DNA from: Amoebophrya sp. A120
Taxonomy: Eukaryota > Protista > Dinoflagellata
Assembly: GCA_905178155.1 (NCBI GenBank)
Contig: CAJINV010000001.1
Location: forward strand, 11,443,571-11,507,570
DNA: 64,000 nt
Reading direction: 5' to 3'
Part shown: piece after piece, positions 14,201 to 25,300 of the stretch
How positions within the stretch are numbered: the stretch's first letter is position 1
Layout of the letters: the number at the start of each line of letters is the position of its first letter
The notes under the pieces: generated by a model
Databases searched by the model: none
Told to the model about the DNA's origin: nothing
Seen by the model: only the letters and a program-made list of their open reading frames with translations
Program-made: the position numbers and the translations under genes

Positions 14201-17200
14201 ACCAGCAGCGACTATAGCTGGGTCGCCACCTGCATGTAATGTTCCGTCTATTGCGGTGCCTGCTTCATCGGTTCCAGGACTTTGCCCATGCGTACTGAAA
14301 CTACTTCCTGGTTCTTGCGGAGGGTGATTTTCAATGTCAGCTCTTCGTGCAGGGTTTCCAGCTGTGCCGTTTGTCGTTTCTCCAGATGTTGTTCCACTTT
14401 CACTGTTTCCAGGAGGAGACACCGACGTAGGAGAAGGAGAAGCTGTTGCCGGGTCAGGTCCCGGTAGGTCATTTTGGAACCGCTCATGACCTGGAGACGT
14501 TGTCGTCGAAGTTGCTAGATACGGTTGATGCGTAGGAGAAGTCGCCGCTTGCGTTGTGACTCCTGTCTGCGCTAGCTGGCCACCACTTCCCGCCACGACT
14601 GCAGGCGAAACCGGCGTGGCAGCAGGAGATATTGAAGCTCCTTGAGCAGATGGAGTAGCAGCGGCCGCAGGCACAATCACTGGCACCGTACCAGCATTCG
14701 CTGCCGGCTTTGATTTCGCCGGCGCCAGAAACTCCGCTCCGGAAACAGGCCCCGGGGGGAAGAGGCTCAACAAGCCCGATGAAGGACTCGCAGGAGGGGT
14801 CGGTTGCTGCAAAGGAGCGGTTGTTCCGGCATTCCCGCTCTGACCATCATTTCCTAGACCTGTTGGTGGGCCGCTCGGGTTCCCTCCAGGTGAAGTGCCA
14901 CCACCCCCGCCACCGCCTCCATCCCCGTTGAAGATTCTCGTCGGGACTAAAATCTTTGGTTTATGCCAGCCGCCGAAGCCGCCAAACAGGTAAGCATCAC
15001 CGTCTCCTGAAGATCCCAGCTCTGCTTTCTGTTTGTTCCCCTCGCTCACGTTGCCCATATGGACTGCCAAGCCAGTAGCGCCCGCGAGAAGACAAACAGC
15101 GATGATGGTGATGATGATGGTGGAGAGCGAAGAGGCCAGGAAAGCGGCGCAAGGAGACGCTGCGGAAGATGTCGATGACGAAGAGGGATCTTCTGTCATG
15201 GAATGAAATTTGTCTTCTTGCGACGGTTCCTCATTATCGTCACGTGCAAAACTTGGCGTCGTGTCTCGCTCCCCGGTGTCGATGGTTTGTGTTGCAGAAG
15301 TTAGCGATGCTGTTTTGTTGTTTTCCAAAGCAAAATCTTCGGAAGCGACGCCTTGCGCCTGCTGCTGCTGCTGCTGCGACATCAATGCCGCACCTTTCTC
15401 AGCATTTTCATCCAACTCATGCTCTTCCTCCGAGGACGATGCCAGCTCTGGCTCGTGTTCTTCTGCTACTTCATTTGCGAAATCTCGGATATTTTTGTCG
15501 CTTCTCATTTTCTTTTCTTCACCACCCGACTCCAGCACCTCCTTCTCGATTTGGCCCGTAGCGCCGCCGCCATCATCCAGGTTTCCAGGTCCGTCCTGTC
15601 GTCGTGCCAATAGCTCCGCTTGCTCCGCACCCGTAGCACCGAAAGAAGTCGAGTTGCAGGAGTAGTTCATCTCTTGTTTCGCCAGCAACGGTAACGACGT
15701 TTGCTCGATAAATTCCTCTTCGTAAATGTCTGACAGCCGATGGCCCTCCCATTTCGTCGCTTTTCCCTTCATGTCTTCTTCATTGACAAGGTTTTTCGGC
15801 ATTTTCAGCAGCTTTTGATTCTTTCTCTTGATGGTCGCTTGGCATGGCTGAACATTCGCATCGTACTGCTCATCTCCCATTTCCAAATACTTCAGCACCG
15901 TCTGTGCGTCCCACCGCCTTTCCCAACGCCACCGCAGCGTGACCTGTAGCAGAGACACCAGATGGCCGAATAACGCCGCGTCTTGCTGCTCCCACCGCCG
16001 AGATTTCGAGTACAGAATCCGGACCCGGGAATCCGCCACGGCGAACTGCGCCCGCATCCCGCACCCCTCTAAATGCTCGTACGGCGCCCGACCGTACAAT
16101 AATTGGTAGAGGATGATCCCCAAAGCCCAAACGTCAGCGGCTGGCCGCATTTTCAAACTCGCCGATCCCTCATCCGGCTGGTAGAACGCCTCAGGTGGCA
16201 TGTAGCGCGGCGTGCCGCACTGGCGATCGCGGGAGACATGGGTGATTCCCTCGTCTTTATTGATCCCTCTCGCGAGGCCGAAATCAGAGACCTTCACGAT
16301 GTTGTCCACGATGAGGAAATTCGCGGGTTTGAGATCAAAGTGGATCAACCCGAGACTGTGGATGGCCGCGACGCCCGCGACCATGTCGCGCCAGAGGTTG
16401 CGGATGTCGTAAATCGAGAAGATTTCGTAGTTTTTCCTGAGGAAGGAATGAAGGTTGGGTATGGGAGGGGAAAGAAGGTGCTTCAGTTGCTGAACCAGTT
16501 CTAGTTGCAGTGCAGATGCGGTACAAAAATTGACATATTGAAAATCACATCCAGTTGCGCCTGCGGGTTCACTCGCATGAGAAATTAGGAGTAAACTTCC
16601 CCCACTGCTGCATCTTGTCCATGTTTCATTCCGCATCACAAAAATATATTATGACTCAAACCAACACAAACGCTTCCCTCCCATACCACAGTCCGCGAAT
16701 TCTAGCAAAATATGGATCACCAGGTCCTTCGGAAAAAATTTCGCTTCGCCGATCATCTTCACTACCCGCAGCTCGTCCGCGTTGTGGCCAGCATTGCCCT
16801 TCCCCCCTGCGCTCGCACGATTTTTGTCCCGCAAAGCCCGCAGCCAGTTTACCTCCATGGCAAACGAACGCATTTGCCGCGCGTCCCGTGCGTAGACGAC
16901 CTTCAATGCGTATCGTGTGGCGGATAGCTGAGAAGCTTTCGTCTCCCTGTCGCGACCGTTGCCGCTGCTTCCAATGCCACCACTTTGCGACGCGTCACGA
17001 TTGCAGCTGTAGTTGCTCCGACTGCCCGAGGCTGTAGTAGTTGAGCCTCCGTCTACCACACAAGTTCGCAAATCCACGCACTCAAACACTTCCGCGGATC
17101 CGCCCTTGCCGATCCGCTTCACAACTTCGAGCAATAAAGTCGGCTTGTTGAAGTCCACGCGATGGCTGTCAGCCACCTCTTCGCCCATGCAGATGACCAT

Positions 17201-18811
17201 GCCTGGGCCAACGCGGGCGGTGGCGGTCACGTTGATGTTTTTGCGCTGAATGAAGGCAAACGTGGAGAGTAGCGAATCGTTTTCTTGGTACGAAGTCCGG
17301 CAGTCCTCGTCGTTGAAATACTCGGGCAGGTCGCTTGGGGAGTTGAGAAAAGGGGCGCTGTGGCGCCCGTAGACGGGGATGCTGGCCACGGAGGTGGAAA
17401 GTAGAGGCTCCGGAGATGAAAGATTCGCCACTTTATTTATTCCAGGACACACATCAGGGAGATTGTCGCTGGGTCCACAATCATGATCCCGGGGGTCGTT
17501 GCCCATGTGGAGCTTGCCATTAGGCGAGGGAGAAGCGTCAATCTTTTCTGCGCGCCGGGGTGCAATCGGTGTGGAGTCCGGAACGACAGGGGCGCAGAGG
17601 GTTTCGGCCTTGTCGCTGCACCTCAATCCAGAGCTAGTAGTGTCGCGGGGATTTTTCCTTTCTATTTGAAGACCATCCTGACCATGCCCTTCTTTCTGGT
17701 GTCCGTCTTGAGCAACGGGCCCTTGGGCTTCTTGCTGATTCTGGTGGAGCATTGGCCTCGCACCTCGCTGTTCTCGGTTGTATTCAGGGTCCTCAATCGT
17801 GAAACCCACTTCCTGCTTGCGGTCGCCGTTTGATGTATCCACAACAGCCACCTTTGGCAGGTCCGCCTGGTAGACAAAGTCTTGGACTCCTTGACGCTGG
17901 TCGTTCTCGACAGCATTTCGCTGATATCGTTCTTGCGGTGCCGGCGCTCCCGCTGTGCCATTTTCGCAGTCGGCATTGCTGTCGAAACTGGTTTCTCTGT
18001 TTTCCAGCCGCCCTCTGGCGGTGTGTGAGTAGTTGTTGCGCTTCTTGTCACTATACGCATCAGTGAGGCCTGCATGGTCAACATTTCTCACCCTCGGAGC
18101 CGAGGAATAACAGCTCTCGGCTTCTCTGTTCGGATTGTAGCCCGTCGACGAAAAGTCGTCTCGTGTCGACGGCCGGATAGCAACATGGCCGCGGCCGGGC
18201 CGCGCAGCGGCAGCTGCGTTCCTGCTTATCACATCGTCTTCAATCGTACTCGTCGCCGCCGGCCTCCTGGCGTCGTTTTGCTCCTGATAGTAGGAGCTTC
18301 CATGATTGCCGGCGGACGAAGTGGTGTTCACTTCTACGCCGTCGTAGGAGAAGGTCGCGCTTCGCTCACGACCGCGAGGGTCGTGTGGACCAACATCTCC
18401 CCTCTCTAGCAGATCGTCCTGCTCCTCCCGTGCAGCTTGGCACTCGTAAGCAGCCTGTTTGTCTCGAACGCCTTCTCCTTGTTGCCCCGCGCCCGCTCCT
18501 GCATGTGCATTTGCGGTCTGTGCAGCAAAAACTTTCTCCCCGAAGTCGAATGTGGTCACAGTATGCAACGCCGACGTTGCTTGTGTGGGAACTGGGGCGA
18601 CGGGTAAAGGGTAGCTTGGGACATCGTGCTCTTCTTGGACGAAGCGCGCATTGTTCTTTTCGAAGCGAATAATGTTGCCCGGCTCTGCTAAGTCGCGGCC
18701 TGCAGTAGTAGTAGATCCACCCTGATCTGGATGGTCGCGAGGGTGAAAATTACGTCGGCCAGATGGAATCACGGGTCGTGGGGGATTGTCTTTGTGCTGG
18801 TCGTCGGGCAT
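11240..18811 (-). CDS. Mps1/TTK-like Ser/Thr kinase with a TM helix, low-complexity stalk and unknown C-terminal domain (multi-exon)
   Basis: Kinase motifs: IGKGGSAEVF, YALKVV, SFAMEV, HFDLKPANFL, DFGLA, RDRQCGTPRYMPPEA and DVWALGIILYQLLYG. A GT-AG intron 16686-16501 joins ORFs 16649-18811 and 12656-16639 in frame (ADC-E-LVQQ). Further exons at about 12340-12520, 11740-12010 and 11240-11450 carry the rest of the repeated domain. The 3' end is uncertain. Confidence 0.8.
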
Positions 18812-18929
18812 AGGGTAAATTATCTCCAGGTCGTCGCACCACAGAAGGAGCAGTCACTGGCTCGTAGGTAATAATAAAGGGGTGATACCGCTCTGCCTGT
18901 CGATATAGTAGTTGTCGCGCCGATATTTT

Positions 18930-19069
18930 TATGACGGCCTCAGAAATTAAATTTTAAAATCAGACCATAGCTAGTTTTGTGCACCGTTTAGTTAAGGTTT
19001 TGCATTTAAAAAGGTGATGTTTAAACTAGCTAGTTCACGGAGGTTCAGCTGCCTTGCGGATGCGTGTCG
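18930..19069 (+). repeat. Left terminal inverted repeat (140 bp)
   Basis: TATGACGGCCTCAGAAATTAAATTTTAAAATCAGACC...GCCTTGCGGATGCGTGTCG. Confidence 0.95.
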
Positions 19070-19644
19070 CAATGGCGGGCGGAGTCACTGACGAACCAGC
19101 ACCGGAGGCCATTATTTTGATGCGAAACAGCTCGAAGTAGACACGAATAGCAACACAAAAGAACTAGTCGGTTAGTTTGTATGGCCCAAAGGGTTAAAAG
19201 CTTCCACTTCCTGCTATTGATTCGGTTGGAGGAGAGAATTTGAGTCATCATTATCATCAGCATTGTCGGGTGAGTATGGTCATACGTATCGTGTTTGTGT
19301 ATCGGGTAGCGCAAACGAGATTGATTTTTGATCATTTCTAACAGGGCTGGAGTGGATTTGTAGTTGATATCTTACAGAAGAACCCCCCGAAATTTCGAAC
19401 GACCCTCAGGAAGGAGGAAAGTGCTTGCGCTGCTCTTTTGTGGTGTGATTCGTGCAGAAGTTTTCTAACAAAGCGCCGTCGTACTCTCACAGCGACAATG
19501 GGAACACAACCGAGACAGAGTATCAATGCTCATCTCCAAGTCAACTGTCACTGATATGGCATAACAGCGTGGACCTTTTTGATCTTGTAATACAACTGCC
19601 ACATCATTAGCCGAAGCATGGCAGTGCTACTAGTCTGCATGTGA

Positions 19645-21070
19645 ATGCGCAAGGATTACAGTGCGTTGGCTTTGGATTTTGGTTTCATACAAAGGGAGAA
19701 GGAGCTGCTAGCCGAGCTGCAGGACATTATGGACCCACTCACTCAGGTGCATCCTGATTGTACTGAAGTCACTGCCGACATGTTTGTGAAACCGAGGGCG
19801 CTGATGCCGGAAGGAGATTTGGTCGACGAACGGCAGTGGCTTTGGATGGCCTTGCAGATCAAGACGTGCTTGATTTGGAGCAGTGAGTGGGTCTGCCGCC
19901 TGCGGTACACGCTGAATACCCACAAAACCCGGCTGCGTGGCCACGTCTTAGTGGGTTACTGCCACTCCCAGCCGAACAAAATTTTCGTCGAGGTGGTCCA
20001 CCGGGCGAAGAATTACGTCCAGTTCGACATCAAAAAACGACTCCATTCCAAGGACGAGCTCCCTGGTCTTCTGTGCGCGCTTTATCATGGTGAAAGCCTC
20101 ACGCTGTTCACGGACCCCATTACTTGCGCGTACAGTCCCGAAACCTGGGTGGAACAGGAAGCGCGGCGCATCTTCGTCAAGAATATCGAGGACACCCAGA
20201 CGCTGCGGTACGTGGCTGCAGAGCGGGAGTTCAGCACGGTGGACGGTTACCTGATCAGCAATGTCGACGGCGTGCGGAAGGTGATGAGAATCCAGGAGAA
20301 GGTGATGACAGTCCGGAAGGAACGTGGAAAATTCATGGGGCTGCGGGCGCCGATGCGACGGCACAATCATACCACACAACAGACTGCAGCTGTGTTTTTC
20401 TGTGGCAGGTTGTAGAAGTTGTAGTCGCGACCACGTGAGGCCGCGCATCTGCCTATCACATCCTTGTCATCATCACAGGTCGTCCGGAAACCCCTACAAC
20501 ATCAACGACTTTGACATGTTGTTGCTGCATGTTCGCTCCGATCCTCACGGGACTGGAAGCTGTGAATCCCTCCACGGTAGTGCCTTGATTCCGATGAGGA
20601 CACTGGTGGAAGCTGGGTGCGTCACCTCCGGGTAAGCATTATGTTTTCATCTATGATGCGCGCACTACTACAGACGTTTATTACTAGGATGCATGTGGAA
20701 AGAATCAAAACAACCCTCAGGAGACAGTGAATCTTAGTTGAAACGCTACTTGCATGGGTCTACTTTTGGGGACCTGACTGGAAGCCACTTCTTAATAGCG
20801 TTTTTTTATGTATGGCGGCTTGTTTTCGGTACGTAGCCTACTACGATACTTCCTGCTACACCTCCAAGGGCTCCGGAGTCTGACCGATAAATCAACAGTA
20901 AAATACTACACAGCGACACGGTGGGGAAGACGATTTTGAGTATGTTTCCTGTAGCGCCTGGAGTACCGAAGCCGCGGATCGACGGGGTATTCGAGCAGTA
21001 CTACGCGCCTTGCTCTTGTAAGGTCGCGTTTGGAAACCGATTGAACGACATCACTCAGGCAGCCGAGTAG
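19645..21070 (+). CDS. Degenerate Merlin/IS1595 (ISXO2-like) transposase-related protein (multi-exon)
   Basis: ORF 19645-20415 reads RLRGHVLVGYC..KIFVEVV...TLFTD..CAYS...EREFSTVDGYLISNVDGV, which parallels the ISXO2 pattern WVFG..F.E.V...TIxTD...AY...HSxEFV.xDGVHTNxIEG. Probable later exons are at ~20480-20630 (GNPYNINDFDMLLLHV) and ~20950-21070 (ends TAG). It is the only plus-strand gene recognised. Confidence 0.5.
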
Positions 21071-22318
21071 ACCAGTGGTAGGAAAAACATGGACGACAGT
21101 ATGCGCGAGTACGAAAATCAGAGATCAAAACACGAACCACAACCGACATATCCTGCGGAATATCTTTAGAACTCGAACCACGCCACAGCTTTGCAATTCC
21201 ATGCGCTGCAGACAACAGCTCGACGGCACAAGATTATTGGATTTGCAGTGCAAATATTAGTGGTTCGTTTACAAGGTGGGAAATTGGAGTTCAATGTTGA
21301 ATCTGTAAAATTTAATGTAAGAATTTGAGGAGAAGAACATACAAAAAGTGATTCGGAAACCGAAGCAGAACAGTCGAAAAGTAGTACCTAGTTTTCTCTT
21401 TCTTGTGTAATAAATTTCTAATTTTCTTGGAAAGGATTGCCAGTCCTTTTCCATGTAGCCAGCTGCTGGAGTGCAGCGCTAGAGCTACTACATATTTTAG
21501 GTGTTGAAATACACCAGCTTCTTCATCTTTCATATTCATAATAGTACTTTTGGTACTTTGCTATAAAATTGAACATCGACCTACAGCCGTGTTCCTTTTT
21601 CTTTTCTAAAATTAAGTTTTGCAGTCGCACATAGACTGTTTGTAATCAAATAGCAGCGGATAAGTTGCCGCTTTCCGCTGCACTAAAATCATATATTATT
21701 TTCTTTTTTCAAATTTTGTGGTTGCTTTGAATTCGCCTTCTGTGAAGGGTCTGCCAAACCATTCACGGCGGAGTAGAAGCGTTGAAACATAGCCCCGTAG
21801 GACTAGCGGTAGATCATAAATATTTACTTACCAAGCATCGAGTTGTGTCATTCTGTCCAGTCGGGTGGAAGTTTTCGCCCTAAGTAGTGCGGAATCAATT
21901 TGAAATCTATTGCGCACGCAATAGACGACGATGGATATTTCTAATAAATATTTTTTTAATCGCAGGTAGCACCTCTCTACTATCATACTTTTGTAGTTGA
22001 CCACTTGTTTTTGTTAGTGATAGTATGTAATGCAAAAACCTTGAGCGGTTTGTGTGCAGCCAGCGGCATAATTCATAGTCCCTCTGGCTTCGTGCACAGC
22101 TTCCACACATACAAACAACACTCCATCCATGACAAGCTGCGCTGCACCTCAAACCTTGCCCAAAATTTCTGCAAGGTGTTGCTGATTTTAACATAAAAAT
22201 AAATATCTGCCGCACTGTTGCTGACGTCATCCGTACTGCTAGAAGAAACAAAGCTCGAAAATCATAAGTATTATTTTTTCCTGTAGCAATCTGTCATGCG
22301 TTGCACTGTGGCGCTGTT

Positions 22319-25300
22319 CTACCCCTGGCTCGGGGGTTTCTTATCGTTCGGCTTCTTGACCGCCTTTTTGGCATTGGGTCCGGTCAGTTTCGGCACCGGA
22401 CCTTTTCCGGGGATGATCAGCTTCTTGGGGGACGGTTTCTTCTTCCGGGCGGCCAGAACCGCGTCGCGGGTAGCCAATCCGTACGCCTCCATGGTCAACT
22501 CGATGTAGTACATTCCACCGATGACGTTGCTGATTCGCCTGAGCCAGGCCCGACCCTGCGGAATGTTGAACTCCCTGATCACGTACGGCGTCAAGTGCAG
22601 CATGGCCTGGGTGTCGATGTCGTCGATATTGGCACTCATTTTCAGCTCTGGCGCCAGCTTCGAGTTCGTCTCGTATCAGCTGGAAAAATGTTCTTTATCT
22701 ACATCATTTTTGCGGTTGTGAATACATAGATACAGACGTCGACTGCATGACATCAGAAAAACGACGTAGGGAAGAACATTTTTCCAATTCATAGCGGTTT
22801 GTAACTATCGCCTCCCCAGTGGACCCGGATCGAATCCGAAGCATGCCCCTGGAATGTTAAGAATTCAACATGGTTTTGTGATGCTGAAACAACTCCTGTG
22901 CACAAAGACGGATACGAAGAGAGAGACGCGATAGCTTCGCGCCCTCAGAAAGCACTACTATGCAGAGTCAGAATCACAGTCCATCTTTGTATCATTTGGC
23001 ACCGTATGTACTATTTGGATCTAGGTGGTTCATGGAAGCCTATTTATGAATATCCTGGTACCTGCTTGTTGCGGTGGCTCTTGAACATGGCCAGCACAGT
23101 ATCAGCATCGCCAACAGTTCCCATCTCGTACTGCAGGACGGAGCGGTGCCGCTCGATAAATATTGACGAAAACCGACTCAAGCCAGCTACTCCACCTTCG
23201 ACAGCATTCTGCATAGATAACGCAGCTTGCTGCGGAAGAAACAAAGCATCCACATGAAATTCTGCACCAGCCCAGGACGTTGCAAAATCTGCAAGATTTG
23301 CATGACAAATTCTTCGCTAGAGGAGGAGATGCGCATGTCTTTATTATGTTGCCTACGCCTATAAGAATTCAATGCGTGCTTCATGCAGGTCGTGCTTCCT
23401 TCTCGTGGATACCTATTGAAGGCAGCAGTGATAGAGTTGCCGGCTTTTGCAATCATACCGTTCCCGATGATCGGCGCGTTCACTCCACCAGCGGGACGGC
23501 CCAGGTTCGGCTGGCGATCCAGAATGCGCGCGTCCGCCGGAACAACATTATCCGCGATTTCCAGTCCGTGTGCCAACTGGATCTGGTCGACTCGTCGGTC
23601 TCCACCCAAGATCTCGCTCACCTCGGCCTCGATGACATGCGGATTGTCGATTCCTTCCACGATGCGGCGGCACAGCTCGAGTTTGTTTTCCTATGTATGC
23701 ATCGAAAACCACAGCCATACTGCTGCTGTACTACCTTCAGATAATTTGACTACAAGCATTACAGATTTGTCATGCAGAATATTGCTCCACGTGGGTTTCG
23801 AATTGTGTGGTGGTAGCACATCAAATGCAGAAGCTGCGGCTTCGCCTTGATAAGGGGACAACTGCTCGAGGAGATTCTTCTGCACATACGGACCAGGTCG
23901 ATTTTGACCGCGACCGTGGGTTCGGTTCTTCCACAAGTAGTGCAGAGCGTCCATGTGCAGATCGGCGTTGAACGAGTGCCACCGCGTCATCGCAAATCCC
24001 GATGGCGAGATCCACCGGCTATCCATCAGCTTGAAAACGACGGTGTTGAACACGGGGAGCGTGTTGACTTGCACCTGGCCACCGTAGATCTCGCAGCCCT
24101 GCAGCTCGCGACCGTAGACCTCCACCTTTTCGTGCGTCAACGGAAAGCAGTACTCTTGGATTTCCGCGTCTCCGTACACCTGCATGCGTGCTTATGCAGA
24201 CAAATAGAGAAGAATCTGCGGCACTAGATACGAGCACGCATAACAAGCTGACAGCCGCAAAAGTCTCTTCCTTGCAGTATGCTCTTCCAGATATTATCGT
24301 CGCTGTATTTCATCACTACAGTATGCATCTTTCTGGATTTTGTGATGCAGAATGTGAGTTGGTGTTTCTAGTGTCACAGAACATTTTTTCGATTCATACT
24401 TGCAGGTGCATTTTTCGTCGGTTAACCCGCGTCACGCGGTACAGGTGCCGCTCACGACCGTCGATGTACAACGGCTTCGCGAACATCTTGTAGTCCGGAA
24501 TGTCCTTCAGCCGCACGGAGTATTTTCCATCATCGTCGAGGCGGTCACCGACGGCCATACCAAACCGGTACTCCGGGATTGTTGTCCACGGCCCGTCGAT
24601 CACTTCCAGGTAGCTGCAGGCGGGGAAGCCGAGGTCGCAACCCGGGACGCAGGTAAACGACGGGTCGCCCAGGTAGTTCACGACGTCCTGCAAAATAGCA
24701 CCTTCTGCATCCCTGTTTTTCCAGGTCGTTTCCGCCATCTGCCGCATCTGGTCCCAGCACTTACTGATCTCCTTCCACCGGGTATCCGATTGCACACGCT
24801 TCTTTTCCAGCGATTTCATGGCTTCGATCATGTCGGTGTGCGAGAACATCAGGGGGGCGTCCCGCAACGTCTCACAGGTCTGCTCGAACTCATGTGGCAT
24901 GACGGCGCTGACGTGGTCGGTGAATTTGGGGAACTGGGGGGACCAGAACCGCGGGTGCTGTTCGGCCCAGTTGATTCGGTCCAACTGCTTGCTCGTGACA
25001 ATTATCCTGTGGAAAAAACTGCGACAAAGCAGCTGCTCACTTAGCTATGTAGCATGACAAATGCCCTACTGCGACTGCTGTTAGCACTCGCAGTAGGGCA
25101 TTTGTCATGCTAAATAGCTAAGTGAGCTGCTAACTTGTCGCACTTTTGTTCGCTCTGGTAGTGTTATCATCTTTTTGATGACGGCCGCGCTGTCGCACGT
25201 TGCGTTCCTTAAATTGCGCTTCATTCGCAAATTCTGTCAACGGCCTGCTCCGCATCGTGGTGTCGACCCAGGTACCGATTAAGGTCGCGGCGTTCCGCTT

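Noticed and set aside
19380-19610. Genome-wide stop-codon reassignment (TGA=Trp), suggested by isolated in-frame TGAs here and at ~22678
   Set aside because: Host ORFs of 700-1300 aa are open in the standard code, use TGG for Trp and end at TGA/TAA/TAG. Two isolated cases in a transposon are better explained by splicing or decay.
21269-22251. Fanzor/TnpB gene or structured guide RNA between the convergent element genes
   Set aside because: Only short AT-rich ORFs with no RuvC or zinc-finger motifs. The one 8-bp stem (GCAGCGGA/TCCGCTGC, ~21653-21681) is insufficient evidence.
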